Positions 20,697 to 33,968 of a stretch of 64,000 nucleotides of DNA are shown here, one piece after another. Source of the DNA: an uncultured Gammaproteobacteria bacterium (lineage in GTDB: Bacteria; Pseudomonadota; Gammaproteobacteria; UBA9214); contig CAVYZN010000001.1 of NCBI GenBank assembly GCA_963773065.1, positions 1 through 64,000 of the forward strand. The letters are read 5' to 3'. Made by a program: the position numbers and the translations under genes. The notes below the pieces were generated by a model. That model worked only from the letters and a program-made list of their open reading frames with translations, was not told the origin of the DNA and searched no databases. Numbering within the stretch: position 1 is the first letter of the stretch; each line of letters starts with the position of its first letter.

Positions 20697-22322
20697 ATGA
20701 CAGCAAAGGATATTCACTTCGGTGATGATGCCAGGCAGAGAATGGTCGTGGGGGCAAGGATACTGGCGCATGCGGTGAAGGTCACGCTGGGGCCGCGCGG
20801 CCGTAACGTCATTATCCAAAAGGCCTTTGGCTCCCCAAGCATGACCAAGGACGGGGTGTCCGTCGCCAAGGAAATCGAGCTTGAGGATCACTTCGAGAAC
20901 ATGGGCGCGCAAATGGTGCGTCAGGTCGCCACTCATACCTCGGATGTCGCCGGCGACGGCACCACCACGGCCACCGTGCTGGCCGAGTCGATCTTCAACG
21001 AGGGCCTGAAGGCGATTGCCGCCGGCATGAACCCGATGGATGTCAAGCGCGGCATCGACAAGACCATCGACGCCGCCGTGCGGGAACTGCAGGCGATCTC
21101 GATCCCCTGCGCGGACGGCAAGGCCATCGCCCAGGTGGGCACGGTCTCGGCGAACGGCGACGAGGAGATCGGCTCGCTGATCGCCGATGCCATGGACAAG
21201 GTGGGCCGGGAGGGCGTGATCACCGTCGAGGAAGGTTCGGGCCTGGTGAATGAATTAGAGGTGGTCGAAGGCATGCAGTTCGATCGCGGCTACCAGTCGC
21301 CCTATTTCGTTAACCAGCCGGAGAAAATGACCGTCGAGCTCGAAAACGTCTACATCCTGGTCCTCGACCGCAAGCTCTCCAACATCCGCGACATCCTGCC
21401 GCTGCTGGAAGCGGTGGCCCGTTCCGGCAAGCCCCTGCTGGTGATTGCCGAGGAGGTCGAGGGCGAGGCCCTGGCCACGCTGGTGGTGAACAACATCCGC
21501 GGCATCATGAAATGCGCCGCGGTCAAGGCGCCGGGTTTCGGCGACCGCCGCAAGGCCGTGCTGCAGGACATCGCCGTATTGATCGGCGCCACCGTGGTTT
21601 CCGAAGAGATCGGACTGACCCTCGAGAAGACCGGTCTGGAGCATCTCGGTACGGCCGGCAAGGTGCTCATCGACAAGGACCATACCACCCTGGTCGGCGG
21701 CGGGGGCGACGAGACGCCTATCAAACAGCGCATCCAGCAGATCCGCAGGCAGATCGACGAAACCACCTCCGACTACGACCGCGAGAAGCTGCAGGAACGC
21801 CTGGCGAAGCTCTCCGGCGGGGTGGCCGTGCTCAAGGTCGGCGCGGCGACCGAATTCGAGATGAAGGAAAAGAAAGATAGGGTCGAGGATGCCATGCACG
21901 CCACCCGTGCGGCCGTGGAGGAGGGAGTGGTTCCCGGCGGCGGCGTTGCGCTGGTGCGCGCCCAGCAGGCGCTGCGCACCCGGGGCATCACGGGCGATAA
22001 CCCCGATCAGGAGATCGGGATCAACATCGTGCTGCGGGCCATGGAACAGCCGTTGCGCGAAATCGTCATCAACTCCGGCCTGGAACCCGCGGTCATCCTG
22101 AACCGGGTGCGCGAAGGCGGCGGCAACCTGGGTTACAACGCCCAGACCGACGCGTTCGGCGACATGATGGAAATGGGCGTGCTGGATCCCACCAAGGTGG
22201 TGCGGGTGGCCCTGCAGAACGCCGCCTCCGTGGCGGGCCTCATGATCACGACGGAAGTCATGATCGCCGCGTCGCCGAAGAGAAAAACGCCGCCCTCACC
22301 GTCGCCCGAGGACTGGGAGTAA
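20697..22322 (+). CDS. groL: Chaperonin GroEL (no adjacent groES, atypical C-terminus)
   Basis: [33 protein letters not shown] and GVVPGGG motifs. Confidence 0.97.
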   Translation: MTAKDIHFGDDARQRMVVGARILAHAVKVTLGPRGRNVIIQKAFGSPSMTKDGVSVAKEIELEDHFENMGAQMVRQVATHTSDVAGDGTTTATVLAESIFNEGLKAIAAGMNPMDVKRGIDKTIDAAVRELQAISIPCADGKAIAQVGTVSANGDEEIGSLIADAMDKVGREGVITVEEGSGLVNELEVVEGMQFDRGYQSPYFVNQPEKMTVELENVYILVLDRKLSNIRDILPLLEAVARSGKPLLVIAEEVEGEALATLVVNNIRGIMKCAAVKAPGFGDRRKAVLQDIAVLIGATVVSEEIGLTLEKTGLEHLGTAGKVLIDKDHTTLVGGGGDETPIKQRIQQIRRQIDETTSDYDREKLQERLAKLSGGVAVLKVGAATEFEMKEKKDRVEDAMHATRAAVEEGVVPGGGVALVRAQQALRTRGITGDNPDQEIGINIVLRAMEQPLREIVINSGLEPAVILNRVREGGGNLGYNAQTDAFGDMMEMGVLDPTKVVRVALQNAASVAGLMITTEVMIAASPKRKTPPSPSPEDWE

Positions 22323-22388
22323 GGGGAACGGAGCCGGTAGAGTGGGGGGCTTGGTAAAGCCTGTACCGGATCCCGGGCAGGATGGCCG

Positions 22389-23795
22389 TCAGGGGGCCTG
22401 CGCGGCAAGTTGCCGCAGGCAGTCCAGGGCGGCGCTCTTGTAGCACTGCGCCAGCGTCGGGTAGTTGAAGACGCTCTCGGCGAGGATGTCGACGCCGGCC
22501 CCGCAGGTCATCGCCATCTGCCCCACGTGGATCAGCTCGCTGGCCGATTCGCCGATGATGTGCACGCCGCGGATGGCGCGGGTGGCGCGTTCCACCAGCA
22601 GCTTCATGAAACCGCGTTCCTCACCGATGATCTGGCCGCGCGCGGTTTCGGCGAACAGGGCGCGCCCGACCACGTAGGCGACGCCCCGCTCCCGCAGTTC
22701 CCGCTCGGTCTCGCCGACATAGGAAAGCTCGGGGATGGTGTAGATGGCCATGGGCAGGGGGCCGGCAGGGCGCGCCGGTGCCCGGTCGAAGGCGTGGTTC
22801 ACGGCGTGGCGCCCTTGCTCCATGGCGGTGGAGGCAAGCGATGGCCGTCCCGCCAGGTCGCCGATGATGTAGATGTGCGGCTGCGCGGTCTGGTGCCGTT
22901 CATTCACCCGCACCCAGCCATGGTCATCGGCGAGCAGCCCGGCGCCCGCCAGGTTGAGCGCGCCGTAGTTGGGTTCGCGGCCGAGCGCATACAGCAGGAC
23001 ATCGGTTTCCAGGATCTCCCCGTCCGTGGTGGTGAGCTGCACCCGCTCGCCGTCCCGGCATATGGTAGCCACCCGGGTCTGCATGTGCAGGCGTATCCCC
23101 ATGTCCAGCATCTGTTGCGCCAGGATCTGCTGGATGTCCTCGTCCAGATAGGCGAGCAGGTGGGCATGGGAGTCCACCAGCCGCACCTGCACCCCCAGCG
23201 GGGCGAACATGGTGGCGAATTCGCAGGCGATCACTCCGCCGCCCACCACCAGCAGGCGTTCCGGCAGGCGGCGCAGCCTGAGTATGGAAGTGGAATCCAG
23301 CACCCGTTCCCTATCGAACGGCACTTCCGCCGGGCGGTGCGGACGCGAACCGGTGGCCAGGATGATCACGGCGGCGCTGAGCGTTTCCCGCCCGCCGTTG
23401 GCGCGGCGCAGATTCAGGGTGTGCGGATCGCAAAACGCGGCTTCCCCCGGCAGCAGATCAACTCCCACGGCCATGAGCTGGTTGAGCAGCAGGGTCTCCT
23501 GGTTTTCGATGACCCGGTCCTTGCGCCCGATGGCCTCGCTCAGAAAACCGCTGTGGAGCTGGCCATGTGCCTGGGCGGCCTGGCGCATGCCGCGGGCTGC
23601 AAAGCGCGACATCAGGTAGGCCGCTTCCCGCAGAGCCTTGCTCGGAATGGTGCCCGTCTGCAGGCTGACGCCCCCCAGATAGGGTTTGCGCTCGATCAGG
23701 CCCACTCGCTTGCCGAGGCCCGCGGCCTCCAGCGCGGCGCTCTGGCCGCCGGGCCCGGAGCCGATGACGAGGACATCATAGTCGTAGGGAGTCAT
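22389..23795 (-). CDS. sthA: Soluble (Si-specific) NAD(P)+ transhydrogenase
   Basis: GSGPGG; GGVSLQTGTIPSKALRE without the redox disulfide; ARGQIIG; FNYPTLA. Confidence 0.88.
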   Translation of the reverse strand: MTPYDYDVLVIGSGPGGQSAALEAAGLGKRVGLIERKPYLGGVSLQTGTIPSKALREAAYLMSRFAARGMRQAAQAHGQLHSGFLSEAIGRKDRVIENQETLLLNQLMAVGVDLLPGEAAFCDPHTLNLRRANGGRETLSAAVIILATGSRPHRPAEVPFDRERVLDSTSILRLRRLPERLLVVGGGVIACEFATMFAPLGVQVRLVDSHAHLLAYLDEDIQQILAQQMLDMGIRLHMQTRVATICRDGERVQLTTTDGEILETDVLLYALGREPNYGALNLAGAGLLADDHGWVRVNERHQTAQPHIYIIGDLAGRPSLASTAMEQGRHAVNHAFDRAPARPAGPLPMAIYTIPELSYVGETERELRERGVAYVVGRALFAETARGQIIGEERGFMKLLVERATRAIRGVHIIGESASELIHVGQMAMTCGAGVDILAESVFNYPTLAQCYKSAALDCLRQLAAQAP

Positions 23796-23901
23796 GGTGA
23801 CGGTTCGCTCAGCGGGATGCTCGATGGTATGCGCCAGTGGTAAGGGATGAATGACAGTTACTTGAAGGGGATATCATCTTGCCATATAAAGGAACATTGG
23901 C

Positions 23902-23980
23902 CACGGCAAAGCGCACAAGAACGCAAAGCCGTTTAATTGTTTTTGTTAATAAGTTTCTTCGCGCTTTCGTCTTTGCGGTG
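23902..23980. repeat. Imperfect inverted-repeat (REP/MITE-like) element
   Basis: cacggcaaag..acgcaaag and cttcgcgctttcgtctttgcggtg arms around an AT-rich spacer. Confidence 0.55.
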
Positions 23981-24100
23981 ATAATGGTGTTTACCAGTAT
24001 TAGTGCTTAAGTAAGCGCCGTTACCGGCCAGTGACGGGAAATGACCGCGATCGTCGCAGGCACACGATGACAACGCGGGTATACGCAGGGGTTTCGGATA

Positions 24101-25462
24101 TCAGTCGGCCTGCTTCATGAAGAGTATCCAGACCGCGCCCTTGTCGGTCCCGCCGTCATCGTCCAGAGGCGCACCGACGGCGATATCCGGCACGCCGTTG
24201 CCGTCGAGGTCGCCGATGCCCGCGACCGCGCTGCCGAACTGATCGCCGTCAGCCAGGTCGCCTTTGAAACCACCCGCCCCATCGGCAATTTTCTTCTGCG
24301 AATTGACCTTGCCGTCCTGATCCATGAACAGGATCCAGACCGCACCGCGATCCGGACCACCGTCATCGCTCTGATCCGCCCCCACGGCCAGATCGTTTAT
24401 GCCGTCGCCGTCTAGATCGCCAGTATCGGCCACCGCGCTGCCGAACTGGTCGCCGTCATTGAGGTCGCCTTTGAATCCACCCGCCCCGTCGGCGATCTTC
24501 TGCTGCGACTTGACCTTGCCATCTTTATCGAGGAACAGGATCCAGACCGCGCCCCGGTCGATGCCGCCGTCATCACTCTGGTCCGCCCCCACGGCCAGAT
24601 CGTTTATGCCGTCGCCGTCGAGATCGCCGATGCCGGCGACGGCGCTGCCGAAGTGGTCATTGTCATTCAGGTTGCCGGTGAATTGGCCCGCCCCGTCGGC
24701 GATATTCTGCTGCGACTTGACCCTGCCGTCCGTGTCCATGAACAGGATCCAGACCGCACCCCTGCCGGGGCCGCCATCGCCGGCGAAGGGGGCGCCGACG
24801 GCGAGATCGTCGATGCCATCGCCGTCCAGGTCCCCGATCGAGGCGACGGCGCTGCCGAACTGATCGCCGTCATTGAGCGTGCCGCCGAACCCGCCCGCGG
24901 TAGCGGAAATTTTCTGGGAGCTCCGAACTTTGCCCTCGGCATCGAGGAACAGGATCCAGACGGCCCCCCGGTCCGTCCCCCCGTCATCGTCCCCGGGTGC
25001 TCCCACCGCCAGATCCGCGACGCCATCGCCGTTGAGGTCGCCGATCGCGGCGACCGCGCTGCCGAACCGGTCATCATCGTCGAGGTTGCCATCGAAATTG
25101 CCGGCGCTGTCCGCGATCTTCTGTTGTGTGTCCACGCGTCCGTCGCTGTTCATGAACAGGATCCAGACCGCGCCGCGGTCCGTACCGCCGCCATCATCGA
25201 ACGGCGCGCCCACGGCCAGGTCCGTCACGCCATCGCCTTCGAGGTCGCCGAGGTTGGCGACGGCGCTGCCGAACTCATCCCCGGTCGCGAGGTCGCCGTT
25301 AAAGCCGCCGGCCGTCGCGGATATCTTCTGCTCGGAGTCGACTCGCGTTGTGGTGGTGGTTGTGTTGGAGTTGTTATCGCTGCCGATTGTGCAACGCGCG
25401 CCCGAGAGCAGCAGGCAGGAAAGCAAGAGCCACAAGAGGGTGTAGGGTTTCGTATGGCGCAT
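24101..25462 (-). CDS. Secreted FG-GAP / integrin-alpha-like repeat protein
   Basis: Six ~69-aa repeats FGSAVA.IGDLDGDG..DLAVGAP...RGAVWILF; signal peptide and Thr-rich linker. Confidence 0.9.
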   Translation of the reverse strand: MRHTKPYTLLWLLLSCLLLSGARCTIGSDNNSNTTTTTTRVDSEQKISATAGGFNGDLATGDEFGSAVANLGDLEGDGVTDLAVGAPFDDGGGTDRGAVWILFMNSDGRVDTQQKIADSAGNFDGNLDDDDRFGSAVAAIGDLNGDGVADLAVGAPGDDDGGTDRGAVWILFLDAEGKVRSSQKISATAGGFGGTLNDGDQFGSAVASIGDLDGDGIDDLAVGAPFAGDGGPGRGAVWILFMDTDGRVKSQQNIADGAGQFTGNLNDNDHFGSAVAGIGDLDGDGINDLAVGADQSDDGGIDRGAVWILFLDKDGKVKSQQKIADGAGGFKGDLNDGDQFGSAVADTGDLDGDGINDLAVGADQSDDGGPDRGAVWILFMDQDGKVNSQKKIADGAGGFKGDLADGDQFGSAVAGIGDLDGNGVPDIAVGAPLDDDGGTDKGAVWILFMKQAD

Positions 25463-25631
25463 AGTGGTAACAGGCTATGTTTGATGCCCGGGCAGGCTCG
25501 CCTCGGCGAACCGGCCCGGTACGTTCTGTGTACCTCATGCTTATTATAGCGGCCCGCGGCCCGGGCAGGACCCGAAGGCAGTTAGCTGCGGTGGTCTGCC
25601 AGCGGTTTTTTCATGTGTTCCATGTGCTCCG

Positions 25632-26633
25632 CTAGGCGTAGTCGGGTTCGTAGCTTTCCAGGATTTTGATGTAATTGGCGCGCTCGAAGGCGCCGGGATC
25701 GAGGCAATTGAGCTGGCTCATGGATCCCTTCATCTGCTGCACGGACTCGTACTGCCTCTCCTCCATCCAGGCTCGCAGTCCTTCCACGAGAGTGGTGAGA
25801 AAGCCGATGCCGTGCTTGAGCATGCCCGAGGTGGTCATGACGGCGTCGGCGCCGGCCATGAGGTATTTGATGACCTCGATGTGGCTGTGCACGCCGCGGG
25901 TGGCCGCCAGTGAGGCGTTGATGCGGCCAAAGAGCACCGCGATCCAGAGCAGCGGCAGGCGGATCTCGGAGGGGGTGCTGAGTTCGATGTTCACCTTGAC
26001 GTTGAGCTTGTCCAGATCCAGGTCCGGCTGATAGAAGCGGTTGAAGAGCACCAGGGCGTCGACGCCCGCTTCATCGAACTGGCGCGCCATATTGCCCATG
26101 GCGCTGAAGAAGGGGCTCAGCTTCAGGGCGACCGGGATGGTTACCGAACTCTTGACCGCCTTGAGCACATCCAGGTAGCGCTGCTCCACCGCGCGCCCCG
26201 TCATGTAGAGGTTGGCGGGGATGTAGTAGATGTTGAGTTCGATGCCGCTGGCGCCGGCTTCCTGCATCATGCGCGCCGTGTCCACCCAGCCTTCGTTGGT
26301 GATGCCGTTGAGGCTGCCGATCACGGGTATGTCCACCGCCTCCGCCGCCTGCTGCAGCAGCTTCAGGTACTCCTCCGGGCCGGTGTCGTAATCCTCGAAA
26401 TCCGGAAAATAGCTGAGCGACTCGGCAAAGCTATCGGTGCCCCTGGTGATCAGGTGTTCGATGGCCGCGTTCTCGTGTTTGATCTGTTCCTCGAACAGCG
26501 AGAACATCACCACCGCCGCGGCCCCCGCGTCCTCCATGCGCTTGATGTTGTCGAGCTTCTCGGACAGCGGCGAGGCGGAGGCGACGATGGGATGCTTGAG
26601 CGGCAGTCCCATGTAGGTGGTGCGAAGATCCAT
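25632..26633 (-). CDS. Dihydroorotate dehydrogenase-like flavoprotein (PFOR-associated type)
   Basis: MDLRTTYMGL.LKHPIVASASPL, SLFEEQI, LFNRFYQPD and FERANY motifs. Confidence 0.88.
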   Translation of the reverse strand: MDLRTTYMGLPLKHPIVASASPLSEKLDNIKRMEDAGAAAVVMFSLFEEQIKHENAAIEHLITRGTDSFAESLSYFPDFEDYDTGPEEYLKLLQQAAEAVDIPVIGSLNGITNEGWVDTARMMQEAGASGIELNIYYIPANLYMTGRAVEQRYLDVLKAVKSSVTIPVALKLSPFFSAMGNMARQFDEAGVDALVLFNRFYQPDLDLDKLNVKVNIELSTPSEIRLPLLWIAVLFGRINASLAATRGVHSHIEVIKYLMAGADAVMTTSGMLKHGIGFLTTLVEGLRAWMEERQYESVQQMKGSMSQLNCLDPGAFERANYIKILESYEPDYA

Positions 26634-26661
26634 ACGGTTGTCCTCTGTTATGGCAATGGTT

Positions 26662-30240
<3,579 letters not shown>

Positions 30241-30394
30241 TCATCTCTCCAAATAACCGGCAGACACCCACTGGTAAAAGGGGTCAAACGCCAGCTTTTC
30301 TCATTGTCAGCAAAAGGACGCCGCTGCAAGAAAAGGGCTTTACCTGAGTTTCATGCCCAGGGTCCGCGAACGCGATACGCCGGCGGCGGTTGCT

Positions 30395-32029
30395 TCATGC
30401 CGAAATTCGGGCGGGCTCAGGCGCCATCTCGATCGCATGGCAGGGACACTGCTCGAAGCAGATCGCGCAACCCGTGCACTTGTCGAAATCGATCTGGTAG
30501 CCCTTGCCCTTGCCGAGCTTGAGTATGGCCCGTTCCGGGCAGGCGCCGAAACAGCCGTCGCACTCGAAACAGTTGCCACAGGACAGGCAGCGTTTGGCTT
30601 CGAAGACGGCATCCTGTTTCCCAAGGCCCTGCACCACCTCCTCGAAGCCCTCCTGACGATACTTCAGGTCGAGGTGTTCCTGGGGGCGCTGGGCGGCGTC
30701 CGTGAAATACCACACATGCAGTTTGTCGAAGGTTGCCAGGGGGTGCCCGTCGGGTTTGACGTAGCGTTCGTTGCGCAGCCATCCATCGATATGCCGGGCC
30801 GCCTTCTTGCCATGGCCGACGGCCACGGTGACCGTGCGTTCCGAGGGTACCATGTCGCCACCCGCGAAGATACCCGGATGGCCCGTCATCATGCGATCAT
30901 CCACGATCACCGTGCTGTCTTTCTGAAACGTGATGCCGGGCACGTCCTTCAGCAGGGTGACATCGGTGTTCTGGCCCACGGCCAGGACCAGGGTGTCCGC
31001 TTCCAGCGTCTCCGTGCGGCCCGTCCCCCGCGGATGGCCGTTTTCATCGACTTCCATCACCTCGACCGTGAACGTGGTCTCGTCGATGGCCTTGATGGTG
31101 CGCAGCCAGTTGATCTTCACGCCTTCCTCGATCGCCTCCGCCGCCTCGAAGTCATGCGCCGCCATATGGGCGCGATCGCTGCGGTAGATGATCAGGGCCT
31201 CTTCGGCGCCCAGGCGCTTGGCGACCCGGGCGACGTCCATGGCCGTGTTGCCGCCCCCGTACACGGCCACGCGGCGTCCCAGCCTGGGCAGATCGCCTTT
31301 TTCGGCGCCCGCAAGAAAGCTCACCGCGTCGAGCATCTTGCCGGCGTCCCGGGCCGGGATGTCGATGTGCTTGCTGATATGGGCGCCGATGGCGACGAAC
31401 ACCGCATCGAACACGCCTTCCGCCTTCTCCGCCAGCACGTCTTCTACTTTGTGATTGAGGACGATCTTGATCCCCATCGTTTCGATGCGCCGGATCTCGG
31501 CGTCGAGGATATCCCGGGGGAGGCGGTAGGCGGGTATCCCGAAATGCATCATGCCGCCGGCCATGGGCCCGGCCTCGCGGATCTCCACTTCGTGACCCAG
31601 ACGCGCCAAGTGGTAGGCGGCCGACAGGCCGCTCGGTCCGGCGCCCACGATCAGGATACGCTTGCCGCTCGGCGGCGCTTTCCATTCGACGTTCCAGCCT
31701 TTTTTGGCGGCGCGGTCGCCGAGAAACCGCTCCACGGCATGGATGCTGACGGGGGCATCCAGGCGGCTGCGGTTGCAATGCGACTCGCACGGGTGGTAGC
31801 AGACCCGGCCGTGTACCGCCGGCAGCGGATTATCTTCGATGAGTTTCTGCCAGGCCGCCTTGAAGCTGCCTTCCTGGGCGAGGGCGAGCCAGGCCTGGAT
31901 GTTCTCGCCGGCCGGGCAGGCATGATTGCAGGGCGGCAGCATCGAAACGTAAAGGGGGCGTTGGATGCGTGTTGGACCCATACGCTTTTCATGGGTGAGG
32001 TCCGGCGGGCGCGTCAGGTCGTACTTCAT
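30395..32029 (-). CDS. GltD/DsrL-like NAD(P)-dependent iron-sulfur flavoprotein with C-terminal 2x[4Fe-4S] domain
   Basis: PPCNHACP, GRVCYHPCE, GAGPSG, GGGNTAMD, CLSCGNCFECDGC and CTGCAICFEQCP. Confidence 0.88.
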   Translation of the reverse strand: MKYDLTRPPDLTHEKRMGPTRIQRPLYVSMLPPCNHACPAGENIQAWLALAQEGSFKAAWQKLIEDNPLPAVHGRVCYHPCESHCNRSRLDAPVSIHAVERFLGDRAAKKGWNVEWKAPPSGKRILIVGAGPSGLSAAYHLARLGHEVEIREAGPMAGGMMHFGIPAYRLPRDILDAEIRRIETMGIKIVLNHKVEDVLAEKAEGVFDAVFVAIGAHISKHIDIPARDAGKMLDAVSFLAGAEKGDLPRLGRRVAVYGGGNTAMDVARVAKRLGAEEALIIYRSDRAHMAAHDFEAAEAIEEGVKINWLRTIKAIDETTFTVEVMEVDENGHPRGTGRTETLEADTLVLAVGQNTDVTLLKDVPGITFQKDSTVIVDDRMMTGHPGIFAGGDMVPSERTVTVAVGHGKKAARHIDGWLRNERYVKPDGHPLATFDKLHVWYFTDAAQRPQEHLDLKYRQEGFEEVVQGLGKQDAVFEAKRCLSCGNCFECDGCFGACPERAILKLGKGKGYQIDFDKCTGCAICFEQCPCHAIEMAPEPARISA

Positions 32030-32379
32030 TCGAGTGTCTCTCCTGGTAACTGGTAGCTAGGTTGTGGTCCGCGGCAGCCACCCCGCGGACTCGCCGCTCA
32101 TGCAAGGCCGAGGATGAGGCATCCCCTGACACGGTGGCCGGGTCACCTGAGGCAGGAAATCCGCCGTCCCTTTCCGGGTATGCCCAAGACCCGCATCTTA
32201 ACAGCACCACGGGCCGCATCAATAGTGCCGGCGGTAAGGTTGACGGCCACCGGCAACGCTTACGCGGATGTGGTATTCGTCATCCGCCCCTTCGGTATCG
32301 GGATGGCCATCGCCTCACGGATTGCTAACACGGCTTTGGTAGCGTGTCTGGAAGTACCTTTACTTACCAAAGCCTCAAG

Positions 32380-32508
32380 ATGGGGTGGAATACGGATAGT
32401 CTATGCGATGATTTACTGGAATGTCTGCGGGTGGTTTTGGCCATGATCGCCCTGGTCATCATCCCGCCGCTGCTGTTGTTCTGGATCTGGTTCGGCATCT
32501 CGCGGTGA
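32380..32508 (+). CDS. Putative 42-aa small membrane protein
   Basis: MGWNTDSLCDDLLECLRVVLAMIALVIIPPLLLFWIWFGISR*; single hydrophobic helix. Confidence 0.35.
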   Translation: MGWNTDSLCDDLLECLRVVLAMIALVIIPPLLLFWIWFGISR

Positions 32509-32573
32509 TCCCGGTGAGAAATGCGGGTTAATGATCTTTGTGTTCTCTGCGCCTGTGCGGCGCATTTATTTCA

Positions 32574-33959
32574 TTATGGATGAATACTGCCCAGCGCGGT
32601 TTGCGCAACGAGCGCGTAATCGTCGTTGAAATGATGGTCGCCGGGCAGCTCCCGCAGGGTGATTTTCGTGGTTTTCAGGCCGGGGCAGGCGCTTGCCGTC
32701 CCTTCTTCCGACCCGTAGATACAGATTCCCCTGACAGCCGGCAGGCGCCGGACTTCCTCGGCCACCGGGAGGTCATCACCCGACGTGTCGCCCAGCCAGT
32801 TGGTCAAATGGAACTCGAATTCCGCCTTCGGGCCGAGACCGGTGAATACCACGCGGTCGATTCGGGCCAGTACCGGCGGCGGCAGGCGATTCACGATAAA
32901 AGGCAGGACATCGGCACCGAAGGAGTAGCCGAACAGGATCACGCGCCGTTTGTGCCAGTGTTCGGTATACCACTGAATGATCGCGGCGACCGCCGCGGCG
33001 GTTTCTTCGGGCGTACGTTTCTTCCAGAAATAACTGAGCGAATCGAGTCCCACGGTGCCGATGCCCTGCGCGGCAAAAATACCGGAAACACCGCGGTCCA
33101 GCGCCGCCCAGCCCCCATCACCCGAGAGCATCACCACCAGACGGTCATCGCCTGGTTTTTGTGCTGGCACCTCCGTGAGCGGCAGCCCGGTCAGCGAGGC
33201 GGTGGCGGCCACCTGATGATGAATGCGCGGATCGAGCCATTGCATGAGTGCCATAAATTCCGGTGCTGCCGCACCGTCGTGTGGCGGTCCGGTCGGCCTG
33301 TTAATTACGGTAAGGCGCGCATCAGGCATCCGGGTAAGGAATGTCCCGGCGGAAGGATTCCCCGTGTTGAGGGCGGTTTCCGACTGGAAAACGAACCACG
33401 GCGCGTTCAGGTGGGGCAGCGGCTCCAGTAGCATGCGGGATGGGCCGTCGGGGCGGATCGGCCAGCTCTTGTCATGGCAGGGCGTCATCCCCGCGGGCAC
33501 AACGGGGCGAAAATCGATGCTGACGACGGCGTGCAACTGATCCGGCAGGGCCTGGGCCGCAGCGAGATAGGCCAGCGCGGCGCCGCTGCCGGTGCCGACC
33601 ACGATCGGTGGATCGGCTGCGATGCTCCTGTCGGATGAAATGATCTGCCGCTCAAGCGTAAGAATGGCCGTGGCGACGTCCACACAGCTTCGCCGGTTCC
33701 CGCTCGACAATGTGGCAAGCCACTTCCCCGGCGGCACCTGGGCGACGGCGTAATCCAGGTCCGCGAGCGCGCCGGCGAGGGTGGTCGGTTGCCGCGGCGG
33801 TTCATCCGAAAAGAGCACGACCAGCCCCTTGGGTTTGTCGGCATGGCTTACCAGCACCATCGGTCCAAAGGGTGACGCTTGAATTTCCTGCAGGGTCCCG
33901 GCTCCGGCGGGGGTGTCGGTGATGGCGGCGGCCAGCAACAATATGAGTAAGATGCGCAT
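32574..33959 (-). CDS. acvB: AcvB/VirJ family lysyl-phosphatidylglycerol hydrolase
   Basis: SGDGGW, GLDSLSYFW, GYSFGAD and GDHHFNDDY motifs; downstream of mprF. Confidence 0.88.
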   Translation of the reverse strand: MRILLILLLAAAITDTPAGAGTLQEIQASPFGPMVLVSHADKPKGLVVLFSDEPPRQPTTLAGALADLDYAVAQVPPGKWLATLSSGNRRSCVDVATAILTLERQIISSDRSIAADPPIVVGTGSGAALAYLAAAQALPDQLHAVVSIDFRPVVPAGMTPCHDKSWPIRPDGPSRMLLEPLPHLNAPWFVFQSETALNTGNPSAGTFLTRMPDARLTVINRPTGPPHDGAAAPEFMALMQWLDPRIHHQVAATASLTGLPLTEVPAQKPGDDRLVVMLSGDGGWAALDRGVSGIFAAQGIGTVGLDSLSYFWKKRTPEETAAAVAAIIQWYTEHWHKRRVILFGYSFGADVLPFIVNRLPPPVLARIDRVVFTGLGPKAEFEFHLTNWLGDTSGDDLPVAEEVRRLPAVRGICIYGSEEGTASACPGLKTTKITLRELPGDHHFNDDYALVAQTALGSIHP

Positions 33960-33968
33960 GACGCTCCG

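Noticed and set aside
24101-25462. Diversity-generating retroelement TR/VR pair
   Set aside because: The repeats are tandem coding units with no adenine-specific variation pattern evident, and no reverse transcriptase is nearby
30395-32029. Bona fide dsrL or gltD
   Set aside because: The architecture is similar, but there are no dsr or gltB neighbours; the context is the PFOR cluster
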